From NCBI GenBank assembly GCA_004764695.1, contig SMSO01000014.1, forward strand, positions 4,970,845 through 5,034,844: DNA of 64,000 nucleotides. Direction: 5' to 3'. Under the pieces are notes generated by a model. It saw only the letters and a program-made list of their open reading frames with translations, ran no database searches and was not told the origin of the DNA. Position 1 is the stretch's first letter; every line of letters begins with the position of its first letter. A program made the position numbers and the translations under genes. Source of the DNA: Schizochytrium sp. TIO01. Its lineage: Eukaryota; Protista; Bigyra: Labyrinthulomycetes. Below, piece by piece: positions 1 through 13,052 of the stretch.

Positions 1-3000
1 ACCGTAGCACCCCTTTACTCATTTACATACTAAATCGCCGATATTTTGAGATGTACTCTGACTAATAGTACCATACCAAAATTCAAGTCCCCCCCTTTCC
101 AAATGCAGGGGCTTTTGAAGAACCTAATATGTAGGTGTGCAACGGGATTTACTCAAATGCACTACCGTTCCTCTAGATACAAGTTAATAGTTACTTAACC
201 AAAGGAGGTCCAACAAACATAGGAGGTTATCAACTCGCACATCATATCAACTTGTACAGCCGATTCTTGACATTTTCTGTTGATGAGGTTCTATAAAAAG
301 ACTATTTGCACAATAGAAGCGTATTTTCTATGATCTTTAACATATTGTGGCCTACTGCATTCTAAACTGCTCTTCTGCTATTGAGAATAAATAACCAAGG
401 TACCCGCATTTGACTTTCTACTTAATTGCAAGCACAATTGCGTCTTAAGAATTCTTGAGACAATATATCCTTTGATTTGTTCTGTTATGCAGAAAAGGGC
501 ACTACTCCACGCACATTTCATATGCATAGAACATCCATGTTGGTCCGTGTTGCTTCGAGTGAGTGGCCCAAATGTGCACAATATCTCCTACTATCCCTCA
601 CTTTTCCTTATATCAAGCTCTCTTTGCAAAAGCTGAGTAACAGGAACCTGAGTGAAAGCCATCTGCGCAATTTTATGAGTAAATATACAATTGGAAAGAA
701 GGAGCTGAGTTCGTATCTCTCGAATACAACATAGAGAACTCCTACTTCTGTGAGTTCTACAATCACCTGAACGCCACATTTTACATCTCCGATGATGTAG
801 AGATGTCCTGTTTTGTGTTAAGCTCATATATCACAGCCTGTATTTTGTACAGAAAGCTATGTTCATACTCATCATAAACATGCAGATTCTTCGGGTCTGA
901 GCGTTTGCTGAGTTCCTCTTCTCCACCGAAGATCGATTAACTTGGCTCGGAATTCAACTCAAGTCAAAGGGTTAACAGACTAGCAAGAAAGCTTATTTCT
1001 ATAGGGTTTCGGATCACTCTTCAATCCTACAGCGCTTCGTAATTAGTCTTGCCCGCTCGTTGGCTCCTCTGAGTCCTTCGCTTTGCTATCTTCTATTATC
1101 AACCTCCTTCAGCTTGTCGCTTCTCCGTTGCCCATGCTTCCGCCTCGGTTATCTTGCCCAAATGTTTTCGTGAACCGTTTCAAGCCTTCAAAGTGGCCAT
1201 TTCAGCCTCGACACATCGGTGGCCATGGCGTCCCAATCGTCCTCGTTTATGATAATGCCAACTCATTCGCAGCAAAAGCAGCTTTGGAACTACCTATGCT
1301 GAGACGAGCGAGAAATGCCAAGAACCTGTCATGGTCAAGCCCAGCTAGCTAGCTAGGTGTCTGGGTAGCAGTTTCTTGCTTACATCGTGAGCTTTCGCTT
1401 CCCTGGGAAGTCAGAACCAACAGCCGAAGGAAGCAACAAATCTATCGTTTCTTGAGAGTGAACCAAACCATTTGTGGTAAGTACTCTTTTAAGGCATTGA
1501 TTGATTGCATGAACTTGCTAAAGGAAGGAGAGTCATTTCCCGTGGCTAGCTTTCCGAAGCGTGATTGACAGACAGGGGCAAGAAGGTGCACAACCTGAAT
1601 AGCGCTGATGAGTGAGCGGACATGCAGTCAGCGGCCTGTGTGGGCTTGGAAGTCACGACTCTGGCTGGCACTGTCTCGGTTTTCCTTGTTCATCTAACTC
1701 GAAAACCGAGCCACGAGAAATTGCTTCTGTTCTATTCTGCCTCTCGATAGAATAACCGCTTTGTTTTTAACAAAAAAAAAACAAAGAAGAAAACCTTTAA
1801 TATTAAAATAAATTGACATTACTAATTTATATTTTAATGAATTGTTTTAATTGGGAAGTTTTAGAGAAGAAAAGGACTCATATGGACGAACGAATGATGG
1901 AGAGAAATGAGAACCATCTCCGTCACCACAACTGTTGCCAACGTTATCTCTCTTCGCCTAGATTCGTCTTCTACGAATAGCCAGGTAGGTAGTTACTGCG
2001 GCTTTGATGGGCTACGAGTGGAGGCGCGAAGATAAGCCTAGTGTTTCCTTTCGAAACAAGCAAATCTTTGGATTTGGAGCCCGGATTTGCAACTTTACGC
2101 TTGGTTCGTAGTTGAACCCTCGCCCAGCGATCTCTGAAGCGTGTGCACAACTATCAAAGCAAGTTGATCTCGAACTATTGACCAAACACAAGAGCAAGCT
2201 CTACGAATCCGAAAGATGAAAAGTTAAAAAAAGGCCCAAGCTTAATATTTTGACACCCCAAACCTCGAAAACAATGTTGATAAGGCCAAACAAACGAAAA
2301 CCACTCTTACTTTGCTGGCCACCAGTCAATGTTTCTCACCTATCAGCTGCACTTTACCGTGACGGTTTGTAATCGGTTTATTTTGCCAATCAAGCCCATT
2401 CGTGAGTGCATCGTGAGCACGACCATCCCTTTGTGTATCAAGCTATGCATGTATTCATAAATTGTAGCTCCAATCGCAACAACAACAACAACTAAGCAAA
2501 CTACAAAATAAATAACCAGCAACGAATCAAAATACCTACCTGGTAACCTCTTATTGACAAGTTACAAGCACTTCATATGCTTCGAGTTCATTTTAGCCAC
2601 CTCTGTGTTCGTTCATTTGTTTCATTTCATTGGACTCCAGTGGATTCATCGGATTTCATCAGAATTCATCTGATTTCATCTGATTCCATTTCGTGGTTCT
2701 AATTAACCCTCTCCACGCGCCCACATCCAGCTCGCTAGCCAGCTCAAGATCGCGCACTTTGCTGGTTTGAAGCTTTTTTTCCCTTTTTCTTTTCAATTAG
2801 CTTCTTTTTTTTTTTTTTTTTTTTTTCTGGTAGGAAAACAAGGTATCTGGTAAATGAATACCAAACAAAGAAAGACATCAGTTTAGCTGTGTTCCTCTCT
2901 TCCTTCCTCTCCTTCCCTCTTCTTTCTTTGGAACAGACGGAAAGAACATTTGGTTCTTTGGATTCCCCGTTGACTCCAAAGGACGTTCAAAAGGGTCAAA

Positions 3001-4033
3001 AGCGAGCAGCGAAGGATGTCGATGCGGCGGATTTTTTCTCGATGAGAACGAACGAAGAGACACGGCGAATGGCGAATGGCCAAGAGGACGGGTAGTGCAT
3101 GGGCAATTGGCATGCGTTGAACGATTGAATGGACAACCGACGTGGCGCTTTCCTCCCTTCTCGCCAACCGCTCAGTCCTATTGAAGCAAGACCACCAGAT
3201 GGCTCATGTTTGCTGCAGCGTTTGATGGAGTTATCTACAGAGAGAGATAGGGGTCAAAGGTTTCTCATGCAAGTCTCCACGCACAAATAGCGCGCGATGG
3301 TGCATTCATTATATCTTCAATTCCCCTGTTCACGGGGCGTGTGGTAAAAATTAAAAATGATGCCTACGGCCTTTCCCCGTCCATCCGAGTTCGCCACCAA
3401 GTCTATGAGCACCTCGACGGAGAAGCAGGTGACGTTCTTCAAGAGCGAGCCAAACAGCGGAACCTTCTTCTGGCGGAGCCGCAAAAACCTTCGGCAGGCG
3501 AAGTGAAATACGATTGGTCATGCGCTAGGCTCTAGGAACGTGGAGGCGCGAGCTCAGAGAGAAAAGGAAGTGCCTGCACGTCTCATCATGGAAGGACTCA
3601 GAGCTCTGTTTGGGCGACCATTGGACTCGGGAGACGAAAAGCGAAACACGGGCAAGAAGAAGAAGAAGAAGAAGAATATGATGATGACGACGACGAAATT
3701 GATGAAATTGATGAAACTCGAAGTTGTCAGCGACGAGCGAACATGACGGCTCAGCTCGCTTTCTTTCGTCTTCTTGAAACAAAGTGACCTCGTTCGTACC
3801 TCAGTAGGTAGTAGGTACCTACTCACGAAAGCCTTTACTTATCTCTTATTAACGTCCGTGGAGGGAAACGAGCCATGAGAATCGTCATTAACCTCGAGTG
3901 AACAAGCTGTGGCGATGGCAACCACCACTTGTGAAGACAAGCAAAACAAAACAGCTGCTGACTGTTGACTGTTGAGACTGTTAACTGTTGGCATGTCGTC
4001 ACGGCGCTCTGGAGCGAGCTGGGCTCCTGCTAG

Positions 4034-4069
4034 CTGACTGACTGACTGACTGACTGACTGACTGACTGA
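4034..4069. repeat. (CTGA)n microsatellite
   Basis: About 9 perfect units read directly. Confidence 0.95.
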
Positions 4070-4763
4070 TTCTCCGGACGATTGACTGCTTCGCTGGCTG
4101 CTTGGCTGACTGTTCAAGCACTTTGAGCAAGTCTGCCTAACTCCCTGCATAATGAGACATTGCTTCTTCAAAGAAGACGTCTCTCATGGCATAATGAGCT
4201 CCTCTCCGACGCCTTGTCCTCCCCCTTCACGAGGCAGGCAGGCAAGCAAGCAAGCAAGCACGCATCGCAGGCACAGATTTGCGGTTCTGTGTAGAAATCG
4301 GTGATTCTGACCTGCAAGCAAGTCATGAGATGGCTCAAGCTCAGGCGAGCCAAGCTCTCGCCGTCGGTTCCTCTTCCACGCACTCGTTCACCGGAAACGA
4401 GCGGCTCAGCAGCAGAAACCACGAGCATAATTAGTCCTGCAGAGTTCGTCCTGGAAGAGCGAGGCTCGTGGCGTCTGGCGAAATGAAATGCCCTTGGCTT
4501 ACGGATCACACGGCAATCATTCACTTTAATGAATACATAGTTTAGAATTGATTCCATTTAATCAACTGGCGAACGGCCACGGCCAACGGAGTGGGGGAAA
4601 CGTCGCTCTCCTCGAAAGACTGTCGAAGAACTTCTCTCGCCGCGGCACGCGACGCAGGCAAGAATGCAGGAATGAGATGCCGGAGAGTTGACTTGTGCCA
4701 TTTGCCTTTGGTTCGCTTCACGTTGGAACTATGTTCATGTACAGCTCTAGCGGAGACGTCTCG

Positions 4764-4832
4764 TTCTTCTTCTTCTTCTTCTTCTTCTTCTTCTTCTTCT
4801 TCTTCTTCTTCTTCTTCTTCTTCTTCTTCTTC
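4764..4832. repeat. (TTC)23 microsatellite
   Basis: Perfect trinucleotide run. It generates the poly-E/S/F/K ORFs in the track. Confidence 0.97.
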
Positions 4833-6351
4833 CAGGACTCGAGAAAAGCGAACTTTCCGTTGGTTTCCACTAGCTCCAAACAAGTTCGTGACGATCTCAA
4901 GTGCGCGCTCCTGTCCTCGCTCTACGTTTGGGTGGCCCAGAAGCTTTCATATGGCCTGCTCTTCGGGCTCCCGACAGGCCAGCGGAGTTTCCGGATCTCT
5001 TGAGTCCGTGGCGCGGCTCTTCCCTTCCAGCCCTCTGCTCGAGATCTGGCTGGTTTTGATATCCTGGGAGCCATTACGATCGTCGGATTTGCTGACGCTT
5101 CGCTGTCTGTCACCTGCGATTTCGATCTCGAGGGCTCCGGTCTGCATCAGAAGAACTGAGCGTGAACTCGAGTTTTTTTTGAGAGGTTGAATTTTAGCCC
5201 AAATCGTCGTCACCAACGACCACCGGAGCAAAGAAAAAGAAAAAGAAAAAGAAAAAGAAAAAGAAAAGAAAAAAGAAAAAGAAAAAAAAAGGGTTCAAAG
5301 AATTTATCGAAAACCAAAACCTTCATCAACTGATCTTCAATTAGTGAAGCCTGCCGCTCGGGACAGAAGTTCATGCACAGATCAGCCTCGCACATTCAGA
5401 AGAATCCGGGCTCTATCTCACCACCTGGTGACCCGCGTGGACTCCCGCGAGGCGTCAAGCATGAGTTCTCCAGAAAACCCGTCTTCGGTTCTCCTCGATC
5501 GTGTCTTGCTTGTGTTTTCCTCATTTCATTTGCCACAAACGCGGACGGACAGAGAAAACCTGAAAGGCAAAGTCACCTATTCCCAATCTCTCCTCCTGCG
5601 ACCATCCATTCTTTAACCCATTAACTCGTTCCAAGAGAGCTGCAATGCTGAGCCAGACAAGCGTCAAAAGGTCGGCATTTGCTTCGCGGAGGCGGCCCCT
5701 CAATCGATTCGCACGGGAATCTCTCCTGGAGGCGACGTTGACCTATTTTTGATTGTTTATGAATTTGATATATTTATTTATTTCCATTTCTATAAAATCA
5801 TAATTATAATTATTCATCAGAGTCGTCAATGTCTCTCATTTCAATTCAATCTGTTGCGTTGCGTTCATTTCATAAACGTGTTCGAAGTCGCCTATTCCTT
5901 CTTCTGAGATCCCGAGGCTCCGGGTCCCCGCGAGAGTCGCCGTCGCATTGGATCGGTGCACGTCATTGCGCAGGTCTCTTGGACAGGGAACAAACACATT
6001 ATTCCGCTTCAACGAAGATGGCGGATCCCTCAAAGCAGTAGCAGAACAAGGCCCTACTATTCATTTATTATTATTGTTATTGTTATTGTTATTATATTTT
6101 TACAGTTAAACATAAACTAAAAGTAACAAATAATAGTAACTCCAATGCCGCCTAAAGCCTCGATCAAGTGCATGCCTCATCTTGAAGCCAAGCTTAATTT
6201 GAGATTTGAGGGGGCGCTCCCTTCAATCGAGCGTGGCTTTTGTGCGGCTTTAAGGGCGCAGGACGGATGCCTTCGCGAGAGCGAACTAGTAAGGTGCCGA
6301 TTCATTGGTCTCAAGCTTCTCCCTTTCATCCTGTAAAGTAAGCGCTTCAAC

Positions 6352-6385
6352 CTTTTGACCTTTTGACCTTTTGACCTTTTGACCT
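6352..6385. repeat. (CTTTTGAC)4 octamer tandem repeat
   Basis: cttttgac repeated four times. Confidence 0.9.
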
Positions 6386-8248
6386 CAGTATATTATGTAC
6401 TCTTTAACTTTCAACTAACTTTTAAAGAGAAAAGAAAAGAAAAAGAGTCGCATTTTTGTAGTTCATTCGTAAAAAGAGAACCAAACAAATGAAATGAAAA
6501 AAGCCGCTGCCCAGCTCGAGAGTCGAAGCGCTGGTCTCGGGGCCGAGCGAAGAGCAAAGCTTGAGCGCCTCCTCGCCTGCGCTTATGGACGAGGCATCCG
6601 TGCATGCGAGCGTACATGCATGCATGGATGCATGGGTGCATGCATGCATTCATGCATTCATCGCAGCTCTCGCTTTCCCGCAATACTGGTGGAGGAGAAG
6701 AAAGCGAAAGAGCAGAAGCGCGGAGAAAGAACTTCAGTTGAACCAAGTAAAAGCAAACATTAAAAAATATATAAATTGAATTCAATTGAATTGAATTGAA
6801 ATGAATTGAAATGAATTTATTTGTATAAGTTTGCAAGAGATGAAAAGAGGGTGACCAGCACGAGGAAGGTTACTGTAGCAGGCGAAAGGAGAGGGAAACC
6901 CGAAGGCATCAACGAAGAGGAGGAGATCGGTTGGAGGAGGAGTCTTCGGCGCGAAAACCCTCGAGCTCGCGGAGTTCTGAAGAGGCCTTTCTTCGTCTGT
7001 TCCCGCATATCATATCGCTATTCTTGAAAAGTCGCTTCGTCACTTCGTCTCTCTCCTCACCCGAAAGTGAGCTTTTTCCCATTCTTTGTAGTTCCACTTT
7101 AATAGTGGGAATAAATAAGTTTATGATAGAAAGAGAGCAACTTTTAATGACTTCCTTTTTTTTTTTTTTTTAATTAATATTTAATGTAAAGCAAAACTTA
7201 ATTTTAAAGTAAAATAGCATTGTAGGTATGTGGAAACAAGTAACAAAAGAAAGCAAGGGCGCAGGAAAACACCGCCCCTATAGTTTGCGATAGATAGACC
7301 CTACAGCCCCCCCACTGCCTGGCGAAATGAAATGCATTTTGTTTTGTTTTGGTTTTGAGGGTGGAAACAGCTCTTTGCTTGCTTTGCTTTGCGTTGGCGA
7401 ACTTACCCTTCGAAACAAGCAAGCTTAGTTAGAATCGACGCTGCTTCGCGAGATCGGGTGAACCTTTTGAAGAGACTCTCCAAGCTTGGCGAATGGACGG
7501 CGAACGGGGGTCGGCATTTGGACTTGGCTGATGATTGCTCATGCGTCTCGATTGGTTTATTTATTTCCCCGGTCTTTTGACCTTGCCTCTGCACTCTTAC
7601 TTGAAGAGCGTGTGTCTATAATAGCGGCTCATAAATTATCTTTGCTTTGATGGTTTGTTTGTTTATTCTTAGTCAGATTGTAAAGTTACAGAGACTCACT
7701 GACTGATTGACTGACTGGAAACAGTGACTTCGAGAGCAGTTCCTTCTTAATTGTAGAAACAAATCAAGTTAAAAACTGAAATTAATGAAAATTATAAAAT
7801 AAAATAGAAAAGGCAGAACAAGAAGAAGAGCAGAGAGGCCTAGCGAAGCAGAACTCGAACTCGCCTGAGGAGCACGCGGTCTCTGCCTGCAGCGAGCCTG
7901 CGGGCGTCGCAGACTCTGAGGCCAACGAAAAACATCGCGGCATAGACGATAACGACCGAGGCAGCGGAAGCAGCAGCAGCAGCAGCAGCGTATATCTGGG
8001 TTCGCCAGCCGAGCGGAAAACCGGATTGAGAAAGGCTAGGGACGGACGCTGCAAAAGATAGGCTAGCGATATTATTTTTTCAAGGAGACTTTCTTAGTTT
8101 TGAGGGTCTTGTGGAGCGAACTTGCCGTTGACTTTACAACGCAGCGACTGAGATTGACGATATTAACGACGTGGAGGATAAGCACTGTGCACGATCTTTG
8201 CTTGGAATAGCTGGACGTTTGCTTGGTTCATTTAAGTGAATCACTAGT

Positions 8249-9223
8249 ATGGGCGGCATTTTCTGCAAATGCTGCCAGGATGAAGAAGGCTCGAATTGGC
8301 AATGGCATACTGCTTTTCAAGACGAGCATCGCACTGACACAAACCATGGATCTACAGTCGAGCCATTGCCTGAAATACTGTACAAGCGCTCCGAAAGCAG
8401 CTTTGCATCGACAGATTCCTCATCGATCACCTCCGCAATCAGAGCTGTGGATTATGAGCCAAAACGCCGACTCTCGCTTCAACCGGCCTCAATGATGAAT
8501 CTCCTGGACCATGATGCTCTCTCTCTCGCAGAGTCTCCACTTCCTCACACCCCACCCATGATTGTAGCAAGTAGACATTCCTCGCTCCTTCAACCATTGC
8601 ACCTGGCAGAGCTGCGCAGGGCCCTCCCGCGGTCTTTGCGGGAATGCGCATGGCAAAAGTCATTTTGCTTGAGTCACTCCGGTGCTTCTCTATCTAGAAT
8701 GAACCTCAAGGTATGCGAGGAGCAAGCTGTTGTCATTGTGGTGCGTATTAATGATGGAACCCTCGTAGGCGCAGTTGTGGTTTGCCCAGGAAAGGGCTGG
8801 ATGTGCCCGCCCGCTAAGACTGGCGAGTCAATCGCCTTTGGAAACAGTGACTCATTCCTCTTTTCTCTCCCCGCGAGCGCATGCAGCTCGCTGGTAAAGC
8901 CCAAACTGCTCGGCCACCGGACTTCTGTACGTGGGCGCCATAACCACCATCACTCCAACTCCTCAACTTGGACAAACGGATCATGTTCGCATCGGCACAT
9001 TATCCCCGAAGCACATATTTACCGCCCACTCGATATTGACTCGAAATTCGTTGTCTCAAACTCTTCACAAATAAGCTTTGCAAAAGATGGACTCTGGCTA
9101 GAGGCTGACCTTGCCCAGGGAGGCTCCGCTACGAGCCGTCGCTTTGGCCTTGGCTCTCCTTTATGCAAGGATAAGTTCTTTGACATTTTGGCCTTGGAAG
9201 CATGGGTGCTCTTACACAATTGA
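8249..9223 (+). CDS. TLDc-domain protein (OXR1/NCOA7/MEAK7-like) with predicted N-terminal acylation
   Basis: 324-aa single-exon ORF. TLDc hallmarks: 'LRRALPRSL..CAWQKSFCLSHSGASLSRM', 'GTLVGAV', 'FGNSDSFLFS', 'GLWLEADLAQGGSATSRRF...L....FDILALEAW'. N-terminus MGGIFCKCC. Confidence 0.85.
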   Translation: MGGIFCKCCQDEEGSNWQWHTAFQDEHRTDTNHGSTVEPLPEILYKRSESSFASTDSSSITSAIRAVDYEPKRRLSLQPASMMNLLDHDALSLAESPLPHTPPMIVASRHSSLLQPLHLAELRRALPRSLRECAWQKSFCLSHSGASLSRMNLKVCEEQAVVIVVRINDGTLVGAVVVCPGKGWMCPPAKTGESIAFGNSDSFLFSLPASACSSLVKPKLLGHRTSVRGRHNHHHSNSSTWTNGSCSHRHIIPEAHIYRPLDIDSKFVVSNSSQISFAKDGLWLEADLAQGGSATSRRFGLGSPLCKDKFFDILALEAWVLLHN

Positions 9224-10974
9224 TTTGTTCAACACCCAAACATGCCTTCACAAACTTCAGCAACAAACACCAATCCGACCTCACAGAGGTACCATTGCGC
9301 AGGAATGCCAATCCATTTAAATGTGCGAAATGCCCAGTCCGCTAAAAGAGCGCATGGCATCCGTCTCAAAACCCTGCGCAATTTTCATTATAAATTAAGA
9401 CTTCAAAGATAGGCTTATTGCAATGGCGTAAATTTACCATATCGTAAACTTACACCATGCGAAAAGCTTCGATTGTCAAGCCAATAGTATCTCACATCGA
9501 GAAAGCCTCCTCACAGCCTCAAACCGGGGCATTTGTATAGAACTCTTCGTCAAAACCGCAAGGGCCTAGCCCCTTTATTTATCCTTCCTCCTATGCCTAA
9601 GATCTGCAGCGTTCAATTCTAGGATCTTATGTAGGTAAAGCAAAAACCAATTTTCGATTATGCTAAGCTTATATCCCTATCCTCAACTTCTAGTCTCAGT
9701 AGATTTCCGTGCAAATTTCATCTTCTCTGCCGCTGTCGCCAAGTTTTATTATTACATATAACCCATAGGTAATCAGCCCTAATAGCAATTAGAATGATTA
9801 CACACCCTACAATATAATTAAGGTCGTCATTAACCTTCTTCACATTTGGGTGTGCGCTAGAAACAGAAAATAACTACGAGTGATTCAATCACCTTCTGCA
9901 ACAAGGGCGCAGGGGTGTTATGTATTGAGGATTTATGAAAGTTAATTTGATTGCATAATTTGATACCTGTAAACGCTTTTCCAATTTGCAAACCTGTCAC
10001 GAATCTCTGTGAGAATACAACGTCCTTTTTGTGTACGGTACTGATGCCCCAGTTTATCCAACCCCAGTTAGGCAATGGCAATATCAACTATGGCATTCAG
10101 TACTGTGGAACTTTGGGACATTGAAACATTATCGATAGAATTTGACTTATAACAAACAATTTAGACATGATTAATATACGTATCTATGAGGAACCTATTT
10201 TTTCAGCAACAGCAAGAATAGAGTAGGTTTAGAAACCTAACTAGAACAATAGTTCTTTAAGCATCATTTGGAGCTACTTGTTCTATGGAGCGAAAAGAAG
10301 CTGTGTGCAAGACACAATCATTATTTTCATCCTTGACAAGTCGGTTGTGTTTCTAATGTTCAGACGTACTATAGCGAGAAAAAGAGTGCTGGAAGGTTCC
10401 TTCCTTTTGAAGCTTGCCATCCTTTGGGGCATCCTTCTACGCCCGAACGTGCGCTACGTAACGAACTTTGCGAAAACATGACTAAGTAAATGTTCCTTCA
10501 GATTGGGAATTGTTGTAGTGTAAATATACAATCATAGACAGAATGGCTAATGCGTTTATAGTAAGGCTCTGCCTTTTGTCCGCCAACGCGCGACTATTTT
10601 CGATGGGAGACAATAAAACAAGCCAAGCAGGAAAAGTCGGGCTAGCTCTACGTCTCTAGTCTAAAACTAAAGAGATCATCCCTAGAAAAGCTAACACAAT
10701 GTTTCCTTATACCCCTGCATGAGAAGTAAATCGTACTGGCTAGTGAGCCGAGATCTCCCATTTCGCGAGAAAACTCTACTCACCTGCAAGTCTTGTATAC
10801 ACTTAACGCTATGGGTATTCAAATCGAATATTAATACTATCTGTCAAAATCTTGATTGCTAAGTGAGGGCAAAGCAAGAATCACGAAGAGCAACACGCCG
10901 CAGTGTTGCGGCGTGATAGTTTGGAAACCCTTTTCAAGATCCCTCGTATCGGAGCTTGGTGGCGGCAAGCAAAA

Positions 10975-12543
10975 ATGTCCAATAGCTTGCAAACCGCCAC
11001 CAAAACTGACTCAGACCAGGACATTGAACCAAGTGGACCACCAAAGCCGAGTGCCACTTCAGGGCCAAATTCTAAACCCTACACGGCCAATGTGATTCCT
11101 TCAACGCCCTCTGAAGCTGGAGACTACACATTGCTATGGGCAACTGTAAATACATGCGTCGACCAAGCAAACGCTCGCTCTTCTTCTCTTAAGGCCTTGG
11201 CTGGAACCCTTGCGCAGGCTGCGCAGCTCGAAGAGCACCATGCTCAAAGTTTAGGAGTATTCCGAAAGAAAAATGCACTCACGCAGCATAAACCAAACTC
11301 GCCTGTTCGAAATATCAGCCAAACTTCAACTCTAGAAAACGGTCTCATTTCATTTGGTTGTGTCTTCGTTGATAACTTGATCAAGAGTCGAGTTGTTGTA
11401 GCTCATGAGTATGCGACTCTTGGGAAGAAATTGTCTAGTTTTCGTGACGAGCAAAAAAAGGCACAGAAACAACTGATTAACGAGAACTCGCGCCTTGACA
11501 AGCAACTTCAAACTCAACTTAGCATATACCAACGCTCTCAGCAAAAGTACCACAAGTCTTGCCGAGAAGCAGAGAAATTGATCGAGCAGCGAGATCGCAC
11601 TGATTTACAAAGAAATCCCAATGAAATTCTCAAGCTGCAAACCAAAACTGGAGATCAAATCGATGCCAGCATCGAGGCAGAGAGAATTCATAAGCAAGTT
11701 GTTGAAGAGACTCATAGGGTCCAAGACAGAAATCGAACAGCAAAAGAAAAACTTGCTAAGGAGTTTCAACACCTTGAGCGAGCACGTGCATTCCGTATAC
11801 GAACCGTACTAGCACGGGTTGCACAAGTTCACCTGGAGCAAGCGGAGTACTTGAGAAGTTTACTTGAAGACCTTGAAGATACTGCTAAAAATATAGATCC
11901 GGATCAAGACTCTGCTGAGTTCGTACAGGTCCTTACCAAAGGCGTTGCACCCGAGATCAATTATGAGCAGTTCATCCGTTATCAAAGTGATGCACTTGAT
12001 CGAAACGTCCGTGAGCGGAGTGCTTCTGGTGGCCTCTTTCCTCATCGGGAGTCCATGCGAAGCACGTTGCCACCTCCTGCAAGTGTGATGGATGAAAACC
12101 TTGCGCAAGAACCCTTGGCCTCACCATGTGCAAATGTAACCCACGAGCCTGCTTCTACGTCACAAAATCCTGCAAATCAGCCCACAGAGCCAGTCGTGAT
12201 ACCTGAAGAACCTATCCTCGATCCAGACTCCCTTGGGGTTCGCGCAGTCAGCTTGATTCCTCAACAAGATCTGAAACTGCTCAGTGAGCAAACGAAGTTG
12301 ATGACAATTGAGGTGGCAAATGTTGACGAATCTGATCTCGTTAAGGCTGCGTTTGTTTTCGAGCCAATTCAAGACGATATGATTTCTCTAGACATTGGTG
12401 ACATTGTTCGTGTAATTCACAAAGATCCCTGCGGTTGGTGGACTGGTGAAAAGCTAGATACTGGTGCTCGTGGACTTTTTCCCGGAAATTATGTCAAACC
12501 TCTCTGCTCAGATCCTGAGCCAAGCCTAACCTTAGCGGCCTAG
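10975..12543 (+). CDS. F-BAR (FCH) coiled-coil protein with C-terminal SH3 domain (PACSIN/PSTPIP/Hof1-like)
   Basis: Long helical region ('QAAQLEEHHAQSL', 'SQQKYHKSCREAE', 'FQHLERAR', 'IDPDQDSAEFV') and C-terminal SH3 'KAAFVFEPIQDDMISLDIGDIVRVIHKDPCGWWTGE..GARGLFPGNYV'. First ATG is at 10975; the track start at 10903 is TTG. Confidence 0.88.
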   Translation: MSNSLQTATKTDSDQDIEPSGPPKPSATSGPNSKPYTANVIPSTPSEAGDYTLLWATVNTCVDQANARSSSLKALAGTLAQAAQLEEHHAQSLGVFRKKNALTQHKPNSPVRNISQTSTLENGLISFGCVFVDNLIKSRVVVAHEYATLGKKLSSFRDEQKKAQKQLINENSRLDKQLQTQLSIYQRSQQKYHKSCREAEKLIEQRDRTDLQRNPNEILKLQTKTGDQIDASIEAERIHKQVVEETHRVQDRNRTAKEKLAKEFQHLERARAFRIRTVLARVAQVHLEQAEYLRSLLEDLEDTAKNIDPDQDSAEFVQVLTKGVAPEINYEQFIRYQSDALDRNVRERSASGGLFPHRESMRSTLPPPASVMDENLAQEPLASPCANVTHEPASTSQNPANQPTEPVVIPEEPILDPDSLGVRAVSLIPQQDLKLLSEQTKLMTIEVANVDESDLVKAAFVFEPIQDDMISLDIGDIVRVIHKDPCGWWTGEKLDTGARGLFPGNYVKPLCSDPEPSLTLAA

Positions 12544-13052
12544 AGAAATTGATTTTTCTTTTTTTGAATATATTTGGAAACTTACGATTGCCTACCTATT
12601 TCCATGCTTATGAACAACCTAGATAGTGCCCAATATCATTCCCGACGTTATACTTTGAGCTATAGACTAGATTAGCCGTTTCAAAAGCAAATGATACTTG
12701 TTTTAATTGCTAACTTCGAATTCATGTTGGTCTCTTGCAAAACCCACCTTGTTGGAAAAGCCAGTTATAGACACAGATGAAGGTTTGTTAACAAACGCAT
12801 AAGCGCGTCTGAAAAATTTCTTGTTAGATGTTCTCCTTATGAAGTCCATGCATTTACGACTTCCACAATGCAACTATGCTTTCCTCAACATCTTTTTCAA
12901 GACTGCCTAACTCCGCACCGTTACAGCATGACTTGGTATTCCTTGATAAGAATGCTGAAGGAGGAGGAGAAAAAGAAGAAAACTATCAGTCAGAACTAAA
13001 GGAAGTATCGCTAGTATAACGTGAGACACACAGTAAGAATTTTGTTTGTACT

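Noticed and set aside
4947-4949. Selenocysteine reading of the in-frame TGA
   Set aside because: No redox motif context and no SECIS recognised.
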